64,000 nt of DNA from Bdellovibrionales bacterium (GCA_031426555.1 JANPLN010000062.1:16780-80779); one strand, 5' to 3'; positions 9,540 through 19,852 are shown, counted from the first letter of the stretch. Program-made: numbers and translations. The notes: generated by a model from the sequence alone, not told the origin.

Positions 9540-10370
9540 CTAAATCGCGGTCGGTTGATCGCGCAGATATCGGCAATGGAGTGTAATATCGTAGCGCTTG
9601 CCATCGGGTGAGACAAAGCGTCCCGCGCTCTCCTCAAGAAGATATATTTGTTGAAAAATTTCGCATTTCTTCCCCAAGTTGTCGCTCGCCTGGATGTAAA
9701 AATCAATTCTTGCGCCGTCGTAGTTGTGCAGCGATTCTTTGAGCGAGGCGTTGAGATCTTTCATGTAAATGGTTCCCGATCCTCGATAGCCACGCAAGGT
9801 GCTCATTGTATAAGGCTTGGGGTACAAACTGCGATCGATCAAATCTATTGCGGGTGTGACTTCTTGATTCTCGCCAAACCAACCCACAAACGAGCGCTGC
9901 TGCTCGTGGGTCACAAAAGGATCATACCCTTCAATTTCTTCCCAGGTGCTGAGGTATTCTTGCGAGTGATAAAGAATCAATCGCACGTCCGAAAAATAAT
10001 CTGCAGGCGATGTGTATACCACACGCGGCCCACGCGCTAAAAGATGGCCATGGAAAAAATCCTTTAGGCTTAAATTAAAATAATAGTTTTTTTCGTAGGC
10101 GCTGCGAACATGATCGGCGATTTTTGCCGCCATCGACTGCGGCAAGTAGACCACATCCATGGCGAGCACATCGTTTGGGCGGCCGCACTGATCGTCGAGA
10201 TACGACGAAGTTTTAATTCGGCAATATTCGGCGGTGATTTCTTTGACGGTGCGAAGTTTTTTAATAACAATATTTTCGTCAGAATTTTGCGGGCTTATCG
10301 CCACAACAAATGATGTGATTAAATGAACCCAAACTAAACCCATTAAGCCCCCCAGGAACCCTATGAACAA
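9540..10370 (-). CDS. Hypothetical exported protein
   Basis: 276-aa ORF with hydrophobic N-terminus; no family recognised; start uncertain. Confidence 0.6.
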   Translation of the reverse strand: MFIGFLGGLMGLVWVHLITSFVVAISPQNSDENIVIKKLRTVKEITAEYCRIKTSSYLDDQCGRPNDVLAMDVVYLPQSMAAKIADHVRSAYEKNYYFNLSLKDFFHGHLLARGPRVVYTSPADYFSDVRLILYHSQEYLSTWEEIEGYDPFVTHEQQRSFVGWFGENQEVTPAIDLIDRSLYPKPYTMSTLRGYRGSGTIYMKDLNASLKESLHNYDGARIDFYIQASDNLGKKCEIFQQIYLLEESAGRFVSPDGKRYDITLHCRYLRDQPTAI

Positions 10371-10425
10371 AACGCATTAATAGCATAGGAGGTGGAGAAT
10401 AATGCAGAGTAAATTTTACATTTTT

Positions 10426-10599
10426 TTAGGCAATTTTTAGGATGTAGATTTTGGGCGAAGTTTTGAGCTCTAAGAAGGAGCGCATTTTGTAAATGCGAAA
10501 ACTATTGTAGTCGGTCAACGCGGCCACGTCCTGAGTCTTTGCAGGACTTGAGAGCAAACACGGAGCTGATAATAAGATCGACAAAACAAGTAACTTCAT
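10426..10599 (-). CDS. Putative 57-aa small exported protein, probably leaderless
   Basis: MKLLVLSILLSAPCLLSSPAK... signal-like start, directly downstream of a consensus sigma28 promoter. Confidence 0.45.
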   Translation of the reverse strand: MKLLVLSILLSAPCLLSSPAKTQDVAALTDYNSFRIYKMRSFLELKTSPKIYILKIA

Positions 10600-10606
10600 A
10601 CCTATT

Positions 10607-10633
10607 CTATCGGCAGAATCCATCACAACTTTA
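10607..10633 (-). promoter_or_regulatory. Sigma28 (FliA) promoter
   Basis: Minus strand TAAA-GTTGTGATGGATTCT(15)-GCCGATAG versus consensus TAAA-N15-GCCGATAA. Confidence 0.8.
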
Positions 10634-10769
10634 GTATGGATTGTACCAATTTGAGAATTGCACCAAAAAATCGACATTTTTTTGATAAAACATTGATCAA
10701 TCCCGCAATTATTACATCTAAAAAGGCTCCCCATAGAAAAACTCACTCCAATGCTGTTAAAAGACCTTT

Positions 10770-11924
10770 ATGAAATACAATCCACTCCTCAAAACTTTCG
10801 TTCTTTTTCTTTTTATGTCCACGCAAGCCCTAGCCGAGATCACCATTACTTTTGGTGGAGACTTAAATTTAAGTCCATCCCGGGGACCGGTAGATGATAC
10901 CGGCTCGAGTAAACATGGCACCTTCTACACCTGGGAAGAAATGTTTGCAGGCTTAGCGCCCCTTATCGATGGACAGCTTAACTTTGCCAATGTGGAAACC
11001 GTGGTGAGCGACCGCAGTTTGCCCGATACGGGTGGCAAGTTTATTTTTAACACCCATCCCGAAGGTTTGGCGTATGCGGTCGAGCTTGGCTTTAATCTTT
11101 TCAGCGTTTCTAACAACCACGTCGGCGATTACGGTGTCACTGGAATGGAAGAAACACTTCTGTGGCTTGAAAAAACGAATCGCGAAGTGGGAAAAATTTA
11201 TTATTCGGGCTTGGGCTACAATCGCACACAAGCTCTTACACCCACATTGATCCCCGTGCGCTCTGGCAATAAAACCTACACCATTGCTTTTTTAGCAATG
11301 ACGGCCGTGGCAAATAAACCGTCACAGGCGGGCGACAACACTGCGGGCACTCTGTACTTTCGCGACGACACTGATTTTGCCCAAGGCCTTGCGGCTTTGA
11401 AAAACGCCCCAGCTCATTATAAAATTCTCTCTATTCATGGTGGGCGTGAGGGAAAGGTGCAACTCGATAGAGGCCAGCATTCGCGCTACAACCAAGCCCT
11501 GAATGATGGCGATGTGGATTTAATCCTGGGCCATCACCCCCACCGTGTACGACCCATCGAGCGCGTGAATCATAAGCTGATTTTTTACAGTCTTGGTAAT
11601 TATCAAATGCTGGGCGCTAAAAATATCAATGGTTCGGGCGCGCTCTACGATTATGGTTTGCTGGGTAAAGTTCATCTGGAGTGGGATGCCAAGCGCTCGC
11701 GTTTGGTGGCGCAAGCCACCGAGATCGTGGCTTTAACAAATCTGCATGCCGCCGCTAAGCCGCTATCTCCCGCAGAAGGAGCCCAGCGTGTAGAACTTTT
11801 AAATGAGCTGAGTTCAGACGAGCTGGGCGACGGGGCGCAGACATTTGTGCCCAATAGGTCTGGATACGGCGAAGCCTGTTTGGGAAATAATCCTGGTCCA
11901 CGCGCAAAAGCTATTTGCAATTAA
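10770..11924 (+). CDS. CapA family (PGA_cap) metallophosphoesterase, exported
   Basis: FGGD, NFANVE, SNNHVGDYG, SIHGG, ILGHHPH and YSLGN motifs; signal peptide. Confidence 0.9.
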   Translation: MKYNPLLKTFVLFLFMSTQALAEITITFGGDLNLSPSRGPVDDTGSSKHGTFYTWEEMFAGLAPLIDGQLNFANVETVVSDRSLPDTGGKFIFNTHPEGLAYAVELGFNLFSVSNNHVGDYGVTGMEETLLWLEKTNREVGKIYYSGLGYNRTQALTPTLIPVRSGNKTYTIAFLAMTAVANKPSQAGDNTAGTLYFRDDTDFAQGLAALKNAPAHYKILSIHGGREGKVQLDRGQHSRYNQALNDGDVDLILGHHPHRVRPIERVNHKLIFYSLGNYQMLGAKNINGSGALYDYGLLGKVHLEWDAKRSRLVAQATEIVALTNLHAAAKPLSPAEGAQRVELLNELSSDELGDGAQTFVPNRSGYGEACLGNNPGPRAKAICN

Positions 11925-11989
11925 AAATGTCTCGCGCTTGTTCTCTTTTGGTGACTCTGTTATAAACAGCCAAACTTTTCTATCGCGAA

Positions 11990-12688
11990 GTGGTTATGCG
12001 TCCTTATTCTAAATTTTTTATTTTAGGCTTTCGGCAGATGATTCCAGTGACAACGGGCGTGATTCCTTTTGGCGCCGTGATGGGCACAGTTTTTTATAAC
12101 TCTGGGCTTAGTTTTTTTCAGTCCATGACCATGAATATTTTTATGTACTCGGGGTCTGCACAGCTCGCCTCCATTGATCTAATGACGAAGCATGCGGCCA
12201 GTGCTGTTGTGATTGCCACGGGCTTGGTGATCAACTTGCGGTTTTTACTTTACAGCGCGGGCCTCTCGCCCTACCTGCAGCAATCGGGGTTTTGGACCAA
12301 GGTGGTTTGCGCTCATACCCTTACCGACCAAAGCTACGCAGTGATGAGTGCGAATACGAATATTTTGAAAACTAAAACCGAAGCGGTGTCGTTCTATTTA
12401 GGCACCGCTTTGTGTATGTGGTTGGTGTGGCAGTCGTCGGTGGTGGCGGGATTTATTTTTGGAAATTTTGCGCCCACGTCGTGGTCCTTGGATTTTGCAG
12501 TGCCATTAAGTTTTGTGGCGCTGGTGATTCCGACGCTGAAAAATTACAAGTATGTGGCGGTGGCTGCGTTTTCGTCGGCGCTTTCGATTTTGTTTTACGG
12601 TCTTCCTTTTAAATTGGGTTTGATTGCCACTGCCCTCTGCGCCATTGCTTTGGCTCTGGTGCTCACGAAGCGGGAGACTCGATCATGA
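11990..12688 (+). CDS. azlC: AzlC family branched-chain amino acid exporter
   Basis: YSGSAQ, INLRFLLYS and LTDQSYA motifs; paired with the AzlD gene. Confidence 0.9.
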   Translation: MVMRPYSKFFILGFRQMIPVTTGVIPFGAVMGTVFYNSGLSFFQSMTMNIFMYSGSAQLASIDLMTKHAASAVVIATGLVINLRFLLYSAGLSPYLQQSGFWTKVVCAHTLTDQSYAVMSANTNILKTKTEAVSFYLGTALCMWLVWQSSVVAGFIFGNFAPTSWSLDFAVPLSFVALVIPTLKNYKYVAVAAFSSALSILFYGLPFKLGLIATALCAIALALVLTKRETRS

Positions 12689-13014
12689 TTGAGACCTCGT
12701 ACTTTTGGTTTATTTTTGTTTGCCTCATGACTGGCACGTTTATCATCCGCGGCTCTTTGATCGCTGCTGCGTCGCAAGTGAAAATTTCGGACCGCGCAAA
12801 AGAAGTCTTTTCGTTTATTCCCGCAGCCATTTTGCCAGCCTTCATTGCGCCTTTTGCGTTTTTTCACGAAGGCCAGGCGCAGTGGGTGCTGGGCAAGGAG
12901 CGATTTCTCGTGTTGGTGGTGGCCACCGCGGTGTGCATGGCAACCCGAAGCACTGTGGCCACGATCTGTTTTGGCTTATCAGCGCTTTATGTCATCACGC
13001 AATATTTAACTTAG
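12685..13014 (+). CDS. azlD: AzlD domain protein
   Basis: GTFIIR...FIPAAILPAFIAP; ATGA overlap with azlC. Confidence 0.85.
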   Translation: MIETSYFWFIFVCLMTGTFIIRGSLIAAASQVKISDRAKEVFSFIPAAILPAFIAPFAFFHEGQAQWVLGKERFLVLVVATAVCMATRSTVATICFGLSALYVITQYLT

Positions 13015-13023
13015 GCTTTATTT

Positions 13024-13893
13024 TTGCTAACGTTGTTCTTTTTTTGTATTATTAACTTGGCCGCGTCCGCAGATTTTTCGGTGGGCAGTTACAATATCCA
13101 TCAGCAAAGTGATATGTCCGGTTTGGCTTTGGACTTTGCACAGTTGCAAACCCTTGACGTGCTCGCCCTGCAAGAAGTGCAAATGGACGATGGCGCAGCT
13201 CTTGTGTTTTCGCAGTCGCTGGTATCGGTTATGACTTCGTCGGGCAATGATTCGGCCGACAAGTTGATCAATGCGTCGGTTAAAAAGTCAGCCGACACTC
13301 AATGGAACTTCCACTGCGTTCAGCGTGTGAATCAAAATGCCGATGGCACTTGGGAGTCGCTGGCAATATTCAGCCGCTACCACCTATTAAAGTGCGGAGC
13401 TTTATCACTTGAACACACCGACGATAAAAACCGTGAAGCCTTATGGGCAGTGGTGGGCATTCCCCAAGCGCGACCATTGCTTGTGATCAACACCGATCAC
13501 GAAACAAGTGCCTATCTGACCCTTGGCTTTCCGGATCGCAAAAAGCAACTGCAGTCATTAGTGAAGCACCTTAAATCCTGCGCCCAGTGGCTCGAGCCCG
13601 GGTGCGAAACCTGGCCCACCGTGGTCACTGGCGATTTTAACACCAGCGGCGCGTCCCTCTCTGCGCCGCTCGCCACCCTCAACGAAATCAAACAGACCGT
13701 TTCGTTATTGCAAACGGCGCACCTCGAACACGTGGTTCCGTGCCCAGAGCACGAGGTCACATTTGAGTCTTTATGGGGTTCCTACCACCTCGATCACCTG
13801 TTTATTAAAAATTTGCGCTCCAGTTGTCGTTTATCTTTGAAAAATAGACAGGGCTCAGACCACCTGCCCATCTGGAGCGTCTTAAATCAATAG
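13024..13893 (+). CDS. Endonuclease/exonuclease/phosphatase (EEP) family protein, exported
   Basis: SYNI, DVLALQEV, GDFN, LDHLF and SDHLPI motifs. Confidence 0.88.
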   Translation: MLTLFFFCIINLAASADFSVGSYNIHQQSDMSGLALDFAQLQTLDVLALQEVQMDDGAALVFSQSLVSVMTSSGNDSADKLINASVKKSADTQWNFHCVQRVNQNADGTWESLAIFSRYHLLKCGALSLEHTDDKNREALWAVVGIPQARPLLVINTDHETSAYLTLGFPDRKKQLQSLVKHLKSCAQWLEPGCETWPTVVTGDFNTSGASLSAPLATLNEIKQTVSLLQTAHLEHVVPCPEHEVTFESLWGSYHLDHLFIKNLRSSCRLSLKNRQGSDHLPIWSVLNQ

Positions 13894-13950
13894 TCGACAA
13901 CAAACACAACAGTTGCAAAGCCCACCCCTAACGCGTTAAAAGGTTTTTAA

Positions 13951-15543
13951 ATGATCAGTACTTCAAATGTGAGTCTCAATTTCGGTGCTAAAAAACTTTT
14001 CGACGATGTGAATGTAAAATTCACGCCAGGGAATTGTTACGGCCTTATCGGTGCAAACGGCGCGGGTAAAACCACGTTTTTAAAAATTCTTTCTAAAGAG
14101 CTCGAGCCCAACACCGGCGAAGTGATTTTACCGCCAAAAATGCGCCTGTCGGTTTTAAAACAAAACCACAACGCCTACGACAACTTTACTGTGATGCAAA
14201 CCGTAATGATGGGCAATCAGCGCTTGTTTCAGGTCATGGCCGAAAAAGAACAGCTCTACGCCAAGCCTGACTTTTCGGAAGAAGATGGAGTGAAGGCTTC
14301 AAATCTTGAAACCGAATTCGCAGAGCTTAATGGCTGGGAGGCCGAGTCCGAAGCCAGTACCATGTTGGCCGAGCTAAAAATCCCAAACGAAATCCACGAC
14401 AAGCTGATGAAGGATTTGGACTCCGGCGACAAAGTAAAAGTACTTTTAGCTCAAGCTCTGTTTGGCCAGCCCGATATCTTGTTACTGGATGAACCCACAA
14501 ACAACTTAGACATTCGCGCGGTTCAGTGGCTCGAAAACTTTTTGATGAATTTCAAAAACACAGTCATCGTGGTTTCCCATGATCGCCACTTTTTAAACAC
14601 CGTGTGCACGCATATGGCCGATATTGATTACAGCAAAATCACCATCTACACCGGCAACTATGAGTTTTGGCGTCAGGCCACCGAACTCAATCAAAAATTG
14701 CGTTCCGATCAAAACAAAAAAAATGCCGATAAGGCCGAGGAGCTTAAAAGCTTTATTGCGCGCTTTAGTGCTAATGCTTCTAAATCTCGCCAGGCATCGT
14801 CTCGACAAAAGCAGCTCGAAAAATTAGATTTGAGCGACATGCCGGTTTCCACCCGTCGCACTCCTTTTGTAGGCTTTAATCCTGCACGGGAATTAGGGAA
14901 CGATCTTTTAACCGTGAACGGACTTTCAAAGACCGTTAATGGCGAAGTGATTTTAAAAAACGTCAGTTTTATTCTAAACAAAAGCGACAAGGTCGCTTTT
15001 TTAAGTTCCAACGATGTGAGTGTGACCACGTTGTTCGAAATTCTCACTGGCCAAATGGAACCCGATGCGGGCTCCTTTAGCTGGGGCATCACCACGTCGC
15101 TGAGTTATTTTCCAAAAGACAATTCGCATTTTTTTAAAAGCTCCCCCGCTCCCACACTCGTAGACTGGTTGCGAGACTTCTCGCAAGAGAAGGACGAGTC
15201 TTTTTTACGTGGCTTTTTAGGCAAAATGCTTTTTAGCGGCGACGACGCCATGAAAAAACCTTCGGTATTATCGGGCGGCGAAAAAGTGCGCTGTATGTTT
15301 TCCAAAATGATGTTGAGTAATGCCAATGTGATTTTGCTTGATGGCCCAACGGCGCATTTAGACTTAGAGAGCATTTCCGCAGTCAACGACGGTGTGAGCC
15401 GCTTTAAGGGCGGTGTGCTGTTTACCTCTACGGATCACGAGTTTGTGCAAACTGTGGCCAATAGAGTCATCGTTTTGGATGGCACAGTGAAGGAAGACCA
15501 CAAACTCACCTACGAAGAGTATTTGCAGCTTAAAACAAAGTAG
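13951..15543 (+). CDS. ABC-F family ATPase (YbiT/YkpA-like)
   Basis: Two NBDs and no TMD; GANGAGKTT, LDEPTNNLD, VSHDRHFL; interdomain FIARFSANASKSRQA. Confidence 0.93.
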   Translation: MISTSNVSLNFGAKKLFDDVNVKFTPGNCYGLIGANGAGKTTFLKILSKELEPNTGEVILPPKMRLSVLKQNHNAYDNFTVMQTVMMGNQRLFQVMAEKEQLYAKPDFSEEDGVKASNLETEFAELNGWEAESEASTMLAELKIPNEIHDKLMKDLDSGDKVKVLLAQALFGQPDILLLDEPTNNLDIRAVQWLENFLMNFKNTVIVVSHDRHFLNTVCTHMADIDYSKITIYTGNYEFWRQATELNQKLRSDQNKKNADKAEELKSFIARFSANASKSRQASSRQKQLEKLDLSDMPVSTRRTPFVGFNPARELGNDLLTVNGLSKTVNGEVILKNVSFILNKSDKVAFLSSNDVSVTTLFEILTGQMEPDAGSFSWGITTSLSYFPKDNSHFFKSSPAPTLVDWLRDFSQEKDESFLRGFLGKMLFSGDDAMKKPSVLSGGEKVRCMFSKMMLSNANVILLDGPTAHLDLESISAVNDGVSRFKGGVLFTSTDHEFVQTVANRVIVLDGTVKEDHKLTYEEYLQLKTK

Positions 15544-15549
15544 GGCTTT

Positions 15550-16995
15550 TTGGACAATCCACAAAACCGCCTTCGTATCTCTCGAGTGCTCCACGCTGGT
15601 TATCTTTTTGAAAGTCAGCAGCAGGGAAAGTCAACACGGATTATGTTTGATCCGATCTTCGAGAATCCCTTTAGTTTTAATTGTTTTGCCTACCCCAATG
15701 TGGAATTTGATTTCGTAGCCATTCGGCAGTTGCAACTCTCGGCGATTTTTATTTCCCACTACCACGACGACCACTGCTCGCTTGAGAGCCTTCAGCGTCT
15801 CAACAAAAACACACCAGTGTATTTGTATTGCGTGCACGAAGAGCTCTTTACGATGCTTCACACCGTGGGCTTCACCGATGTACGTGCTTTACGTGTGGAT
15901 CAAACAGAAACGGTGGGGCCTTTTCGAATCACTCCCCGCCGCGCGCTCGACGAATCCACCGACACTATCTTTGAAATCCTCACAACCGACTGCAAAATTT
16001 TAAATCTGGTGGATGCCCAACTAACCGCTGAAACACTGGAGCAGCTCAAAGCTCGTGCACCGTGGGATCTTGTGCTGTGGCCCTTTCAAGTGATGCGCGA
16101 AAGCGAAGTGCTGGCGCCTACACGCAGCGAAGATTTTGCGCCCGATGCCAACATCTCCGCAGAAAATTTATTAAACGCCTTTCCCGAAGATTGGACGCAG
16201 CAGTTGCAACAGCTCGCGCCCCACACAGTGGTGCCAAGCTCCTGCCAGTTTATTCACGAGGAGTGGTCGTGGTATCGAAACTTCTTTTTTAGTTACTCCT
16301 ACCGTGATTTCCAAAACTACCTCGGGCAGATTTTGCCACTCACAAAAGTTGTGCGCCTCAATCCCGGATGCGCATTGGAGTGGACGCAAAACCAGTTTCA
16401 ACCGACGGAACCGTTACCATGGATTACACCTGTGGGTCCGCAGAATGTGGATTACGAATTTCGACCCGAGCAACTGATTCCTAATACTTCGGTGATTGCG
16501 CAAAAGTTTCCCGCGCTTCCCCCGCAACAGTTGGAACGCATCCAGCGCTTTTGCCAAAATGAGATTGTAAAAAGATATCAACTCATCGGCCCACCCGGAG
16601 ATATTTATTTTCAAAAACAGCGTCTGTGGCGACTCACCGTCTTTGATCTCTTGGGATTGCCATCGCACTATTTCTACCAACTGTGCGACGAGGAGATGAC
16701 ACCGGTCTCGAAAAGTTATGTTACAAGTTCTGCGGATGGCACTTCAGAGTCCGCGAACGCTGAGAACATAGCGTGGACCACCGAAATTTCCGCCCACAAA
16801 CTTAATTCGGCCTTAGAAAACGGAGAAAGCCTGAGCTCCCTCTATCTCCGCATCAACGCTCACCGCTTCAGCGAAAAAATCGAAGGCGAACTGCGCGAGG
16901 TCAACCACCTCGACGATCCTTTGCTGCGTACACTTTATAACGGCGATGCCTTAAGTTATCAGCGGGCGCAGCTTAAACGGCTCAAAGGCCCTTAA
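15550..16995 (+). CDS. Metallo-beta-lactamase fold hydrolase
   Basis: HAGYLF...DP and ISHYHDDHCS (HxHxDH) motif. Confidence 0.8.
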   Translation: MDNPQNRLRISRVLHAGYLFESQQQGKSTRIMFDPIFENPFSFNCFAYPNVEFDFVAIRQLQLSAIFISHYHDDHCSLESLQRLNKNTPVYLYCVHEELFTMLHTVGFTDVRALRVDQTETVGPFRITPRRALDESTDTIFEILTTDCKILNLVDAQLTAETLEQLKARAPWDLVLWPFQVMRESEVLAPTRSEDFAPDANISAENLLNAFPEDWTQQLQQLAPHTVVPSSCQFIHEEWSWYRNFFFSYSYRDFQNYLGQILPLTKVVRLNPGCALEWTQNQFQPTEPLPWITPVGPQNVDYEFRPEQLIPNTSVIAQKFPALPPQQLERIQRFCQNEIVKRYQLIGPPGDIYFQKQRLWRLTVFDLLGLPSHYFYQLCDEEMTPVSKSYVTSSADGTSESANAENIAWTTEISAHKLNSALENGESLSSLYLRINAHRFSEKIEGELREVNHLDDPLLRTLYNGDALSYQRAQLKRLKGP

Positions 16996-17042
16996 ACATC
17001 CTGTGTCTTGTTTGCTCCTCAACGCTTTGTTAGCTTGTCGTC

Positions 17043-17816
17043 ATGGCAACAGCACTTATTACCGGAGCATCAGGCGGAATTGGTTTTGAACTCGCAAAAG
17101 TTTTGGCACGCGAAAACTTAGACCTTGTCCTTGTGGCGCGAAGTCTCGACAAACTCGACGATCTTAAAAAGCAATTGGCTTCACTGAACCGTCGCATCGA
17201 TGTGATCTCTATCGATCTTTCGGTACCGGGTTCGGCCGCCGAGCTTTATAAAAAAACGCAAAGCCTCGGCATTTCGGTGGACTACCTAGTAAACAACGCA
17301 GGCTTTGGCGAATTTGGTGAGTTTCACCAGATCGACCGCCAGCGGCAGTCGGATATGATTCATCTTAACATCACAACCCTCACCGAGCTTTCGCATTTGT
17401 ATTTAGCAAACATGGTGCAAAAAAAATCAGGCCACATTATCAACATCGCCTCCACAGCGGCGTTTCAACCGGGCCCGCGCATGGCTGTGTACTTTGCCAC
17501 CAAGGCCTATGTGCTGAGCTTTTCCGAAGCTTTGAGCGAAGAGCTCTTAGACGTCAACGTGTTTGTCTCCGCCATTTGCCCCGGCCCCACGCAATCTGGG
17601 TTTTCGGATGCGGCCCATCTTGGGAATTCTGACTTATTTAAAAACAAATCAGTGCCCACTTCAAAAGACGTGGCGGAGTTTACCTGGAAGGCCATCCAGA
17701 ACAAACAGGTGGTGGCCGTGCACGGGATGACCAACTGGTTGCTTGCCCAGACCAACCGCTTCGCCCCGCGCTTTGCTGTTCGCAAAATCGCAAAACAGGT
17801 TTTAAAACGGACGTAG
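17043..17816 (+). CDS. SDR family oxidoreductase
   Basis: TGASGGIG, NNAG and YFATK motifs. Confidence 0.93.
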   Translation: MATALITGASGGIGFELAKVLARENLDLVLVARSLDKLDDLKKQLASLNRRIDVISIDLSVPGSAAELYKKTQSLGISVDYLVNNAGFGEFGEFHQIDRQRQSDMIHLNITTLTELSHLYLANMVQKKSGHIINIASTAAFQPGPRMAVYFATKAYVLSFSEALSEELLDVNVFVSAICPGPTQSGFSDAAHLGNSDLFKNKSVPTSKDVAEFTWKAIQNKQVVAVHGMTNWLLAQTNRFAPRFAVRKIAKQVLKRT

Positions 17817-17937
17817 TCCATAAATCGCATCAAATCAGCTCATTTTTGCCTAAAAGCGTGAGTATCAGTTCGCAATAGCCTTGGTTATATTGATTTTCGA
17901 AGCACAATACAGTGCGCGCCAAAACCAAGGAGTTCGT

Positions 17938-18582
17938 ATGAAAAAACAAATTTTAGCCGTTCAATTATTAATAATGTCAGTAGCCGTGAGTGCAACAGCC
18001 GGAGGAGTGGGCATTACTGAAACATGCTCCGTGACTAACGAAGTCCTCATGTCAGCGCCACTCAATGTGTATTTGCCCGACGGTATTACAGAACAAGCTG
18101 TGGGCGAGGCTTCCATCGTCAGCCGAAAAAGCGTTTGCAAAAACGGTGAGTACGAAGTGATCGGCATCGATCTTCAGCTCGCTGATGAGATTAAGCCTTA
18201 CGGCATAAAAATTAAAGACGCCATCACTGCGTTCGAAATCAATACGTCCCTTGATTTTCGTTTAAAAGAGCTTGTGAACACCACAAAATCTTTTCACGCG
18301 AGCCCTTACGGCAAAGCAACAATCAATCACTTTGGCGAAGTGGGAATGATTGATGTCACCGTGGAAAACCCGCAAATTCTTTTTTGGGTGAATCCTAAAG
18401 CCAGTATCGACTCTTTGATTTCTGCGGTTTCAAATGGTCAAGCAGCCGACGATCGCCCGCTCCGCTGCTCTCTCGACAAAGCCTACGTCATCCTCACCAA
18501 AAAGGCGTCTGGCTCCGACGGGTTAAAAAAGGATCTTCGCTTGTCTGCATTTTTCCGAGGTACACTGCAACTCTGCCCTTAG
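17938..18582 (+). CDS. Hypothetical secreted protein
   Basis: AAGGAG SD before ATG 17938; Sec signal MKKQILAVQLLIMSVAVSATA; four Cys; terminator follows. Confidence 0.72.
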   Translation: MKKQILAVQLLIMSVAVSATAGGVGITETCSVTNEVLMSAPLNVYLPDGITEQAVGEASIVSRKSVCKNGEYEVIGIDLQLADEIKPYGIKIKDAITAFEINTSLDFRLKELVNTTKSFHASPYGKATINHFGEVGMIDVTVENPQILFWVNPKASIDSLISAVSNGQAADDRPLRCSLDKAYVILTKKASGSDGLKKDLRLSAFFRGTLQLCP

Positions 18583-18609
18583 TCTTTTAGCCTCCTCAAC
18601 ACACCTCTC

Positions 18610-18644
18610 AGGGTGGCGCATGAACTGTGCCACCCTTCTTTTTT
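18610..18644 (+). terminator. Intrinsic terminator
   Basis: AGGGTGGCGCA-TGAAC-TGTGCCACCCT stem followed by TCTTTTTT. Confidence 0.75.
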
Positions 18645-18705
18645 ATCTCATCTCATCAGCTAAAAAAGTTTTGCGCTCGTCGCCACTTTCAAGTAAAGAC
18701 AGGCT

Positions 18706-19176
18706 ATGTGGAGTTTAGATTCAACCCCCCTCGAAGTGATTTTACGTTCCCTAGTGATTTATTTTGCGCTGTTTGTGCTTTTTCGCCTGGGCGGTAAAAA
18801 ACAGCTCGGGCAGATGTCCCCTCTCGATCTAATTCTTGTACTGATTATCAGCGAGGCCGTGAGCAATGCGTTGGTAGGCGACGAAAAATCTATCACCGGC
18901 GGACTCATTTCTGCCATCACCTTGGTGGGAGCTGGGTTTTTGATGGATACTCTGACGTTTAAATTTCAAAAATTCGAAAAGCTGGCCGAAGGCGAAAGCA
19001 AAATTTTGATTTTGGATGGTGTTGTAAACAAAGACCTCTGTAAAAAAGAACGACTGACTCAAAGTGAAATCGAAATGCGCTTGCGCGAACTGCAAATTGA
19101 GAGCACCGACGACGTTCGGGTGGCTTTTTTAGAGACCAGCGGACACATCACCGCCTTTAAAAAAGAACAGAGTTGA
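18706..19176 (+). CDS. DUF421 (YetF) membrane protein
   Basis: GKKQLGQMSPLDL and AFLETSGHIT motifs. Confidence 0.9.
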   Translation: MWSLDSTPLEVILRSLVIYFALFVLFRLGGKKQLGQMSPLDLILVLIISEAVSNALVGDEKSITGGLISAITLVGAGFLMDTLTFKFQKFEKLAEGESKILILDGVVNKDLCKKERLTQSEIEMRLRELQIESTDDVRVAFLETSGHITAFKKEQS

Positions 19177-19205
19177 ATTTTGACAATCCATGTGGGGGCG
19201 CCTCA

Positions 19206-19763
19206 ATGTGGACAAAGCAAAAGGTAAAGCAGCTCCCGTACGGAACTGTGCGAGACAGGCTGTGGAAGGAAGTCACCGCCAACCGCCTCTCGCCCGTGAC
19301 TGGAAGCTATCAGTATTGGAAATCCATCGTCGAAGCGAAATCTATTAATTATCAAAAGCAACCGCAGCGATACCGCATCGGTAAAGGTGAGCAAGGTGTT
19401 CTTAGCACACAGCCGTACACTGGCATTATTAGCGCCTTTTGGCGCTTCAAAACGGAAGCCGACGCTGTCGTCTCGGCTGATATGATTTTTTATATTTTTG
19501 GTTACTATGTTTCGAAAAATGATTTTGTGGGCGCAGATATTGCAAAGAAATTTTTGCAAATGGGATTCACGCGCGCCCGCCGCTACGCAAATTTTCCTTC
19601 GGGGCGAAAATATAATTCAAAAAATCGTCCTCGAAAAACCTCGATCACAAATATGACGGGCGAAAAAGCAAACGCGGCACTAGTTTTTCAACTTTACTGG
19701 GAAAAGGCTCGAACCCATCCCAAATTTCTCGTCTCAAAAAGCAAATTTTTAAAACAAGTATAA
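19206..19763 (+). CDS. DUF4385 family protein
   Basis: YRIGKGEQGVL, WRFKT and KFLQMGFTRARRYAN motifs; start placed at ATG 19206. Confidence 0.82.
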   Translation: MWTKQKVKQLPYGTVRDRLWKEVTANRLSPVTGSYQYWKSIVEAKSINYQKQPQRYRIGKGEQGVLSTQPYTGIISAFWRFKTEADAVVSADMIFYIFGYYVSKNDFVGADIAKKFLQMGFTRARRYANFPSGRKYNSKNRPRKTSITNMTGEKANAALVFQLYWEKARTHPKFLVSKSKFLKQV

Positions 19764-19852
19764 CGATCAAAATTGACCAACACTCTCGTTGTGAAGAGAA
19801 TTTAATTTGTCTTGGTAGGTGCGTGCTTGATAAAACTGCTTTGGAGGCTTTG

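Noticed and set aside
10387..10440. Strong SD followed by a 12-codon ORF MQSKFYIFLGNF on the plus strand
   Set aside because: Too short, with no promoter or homology evidence.
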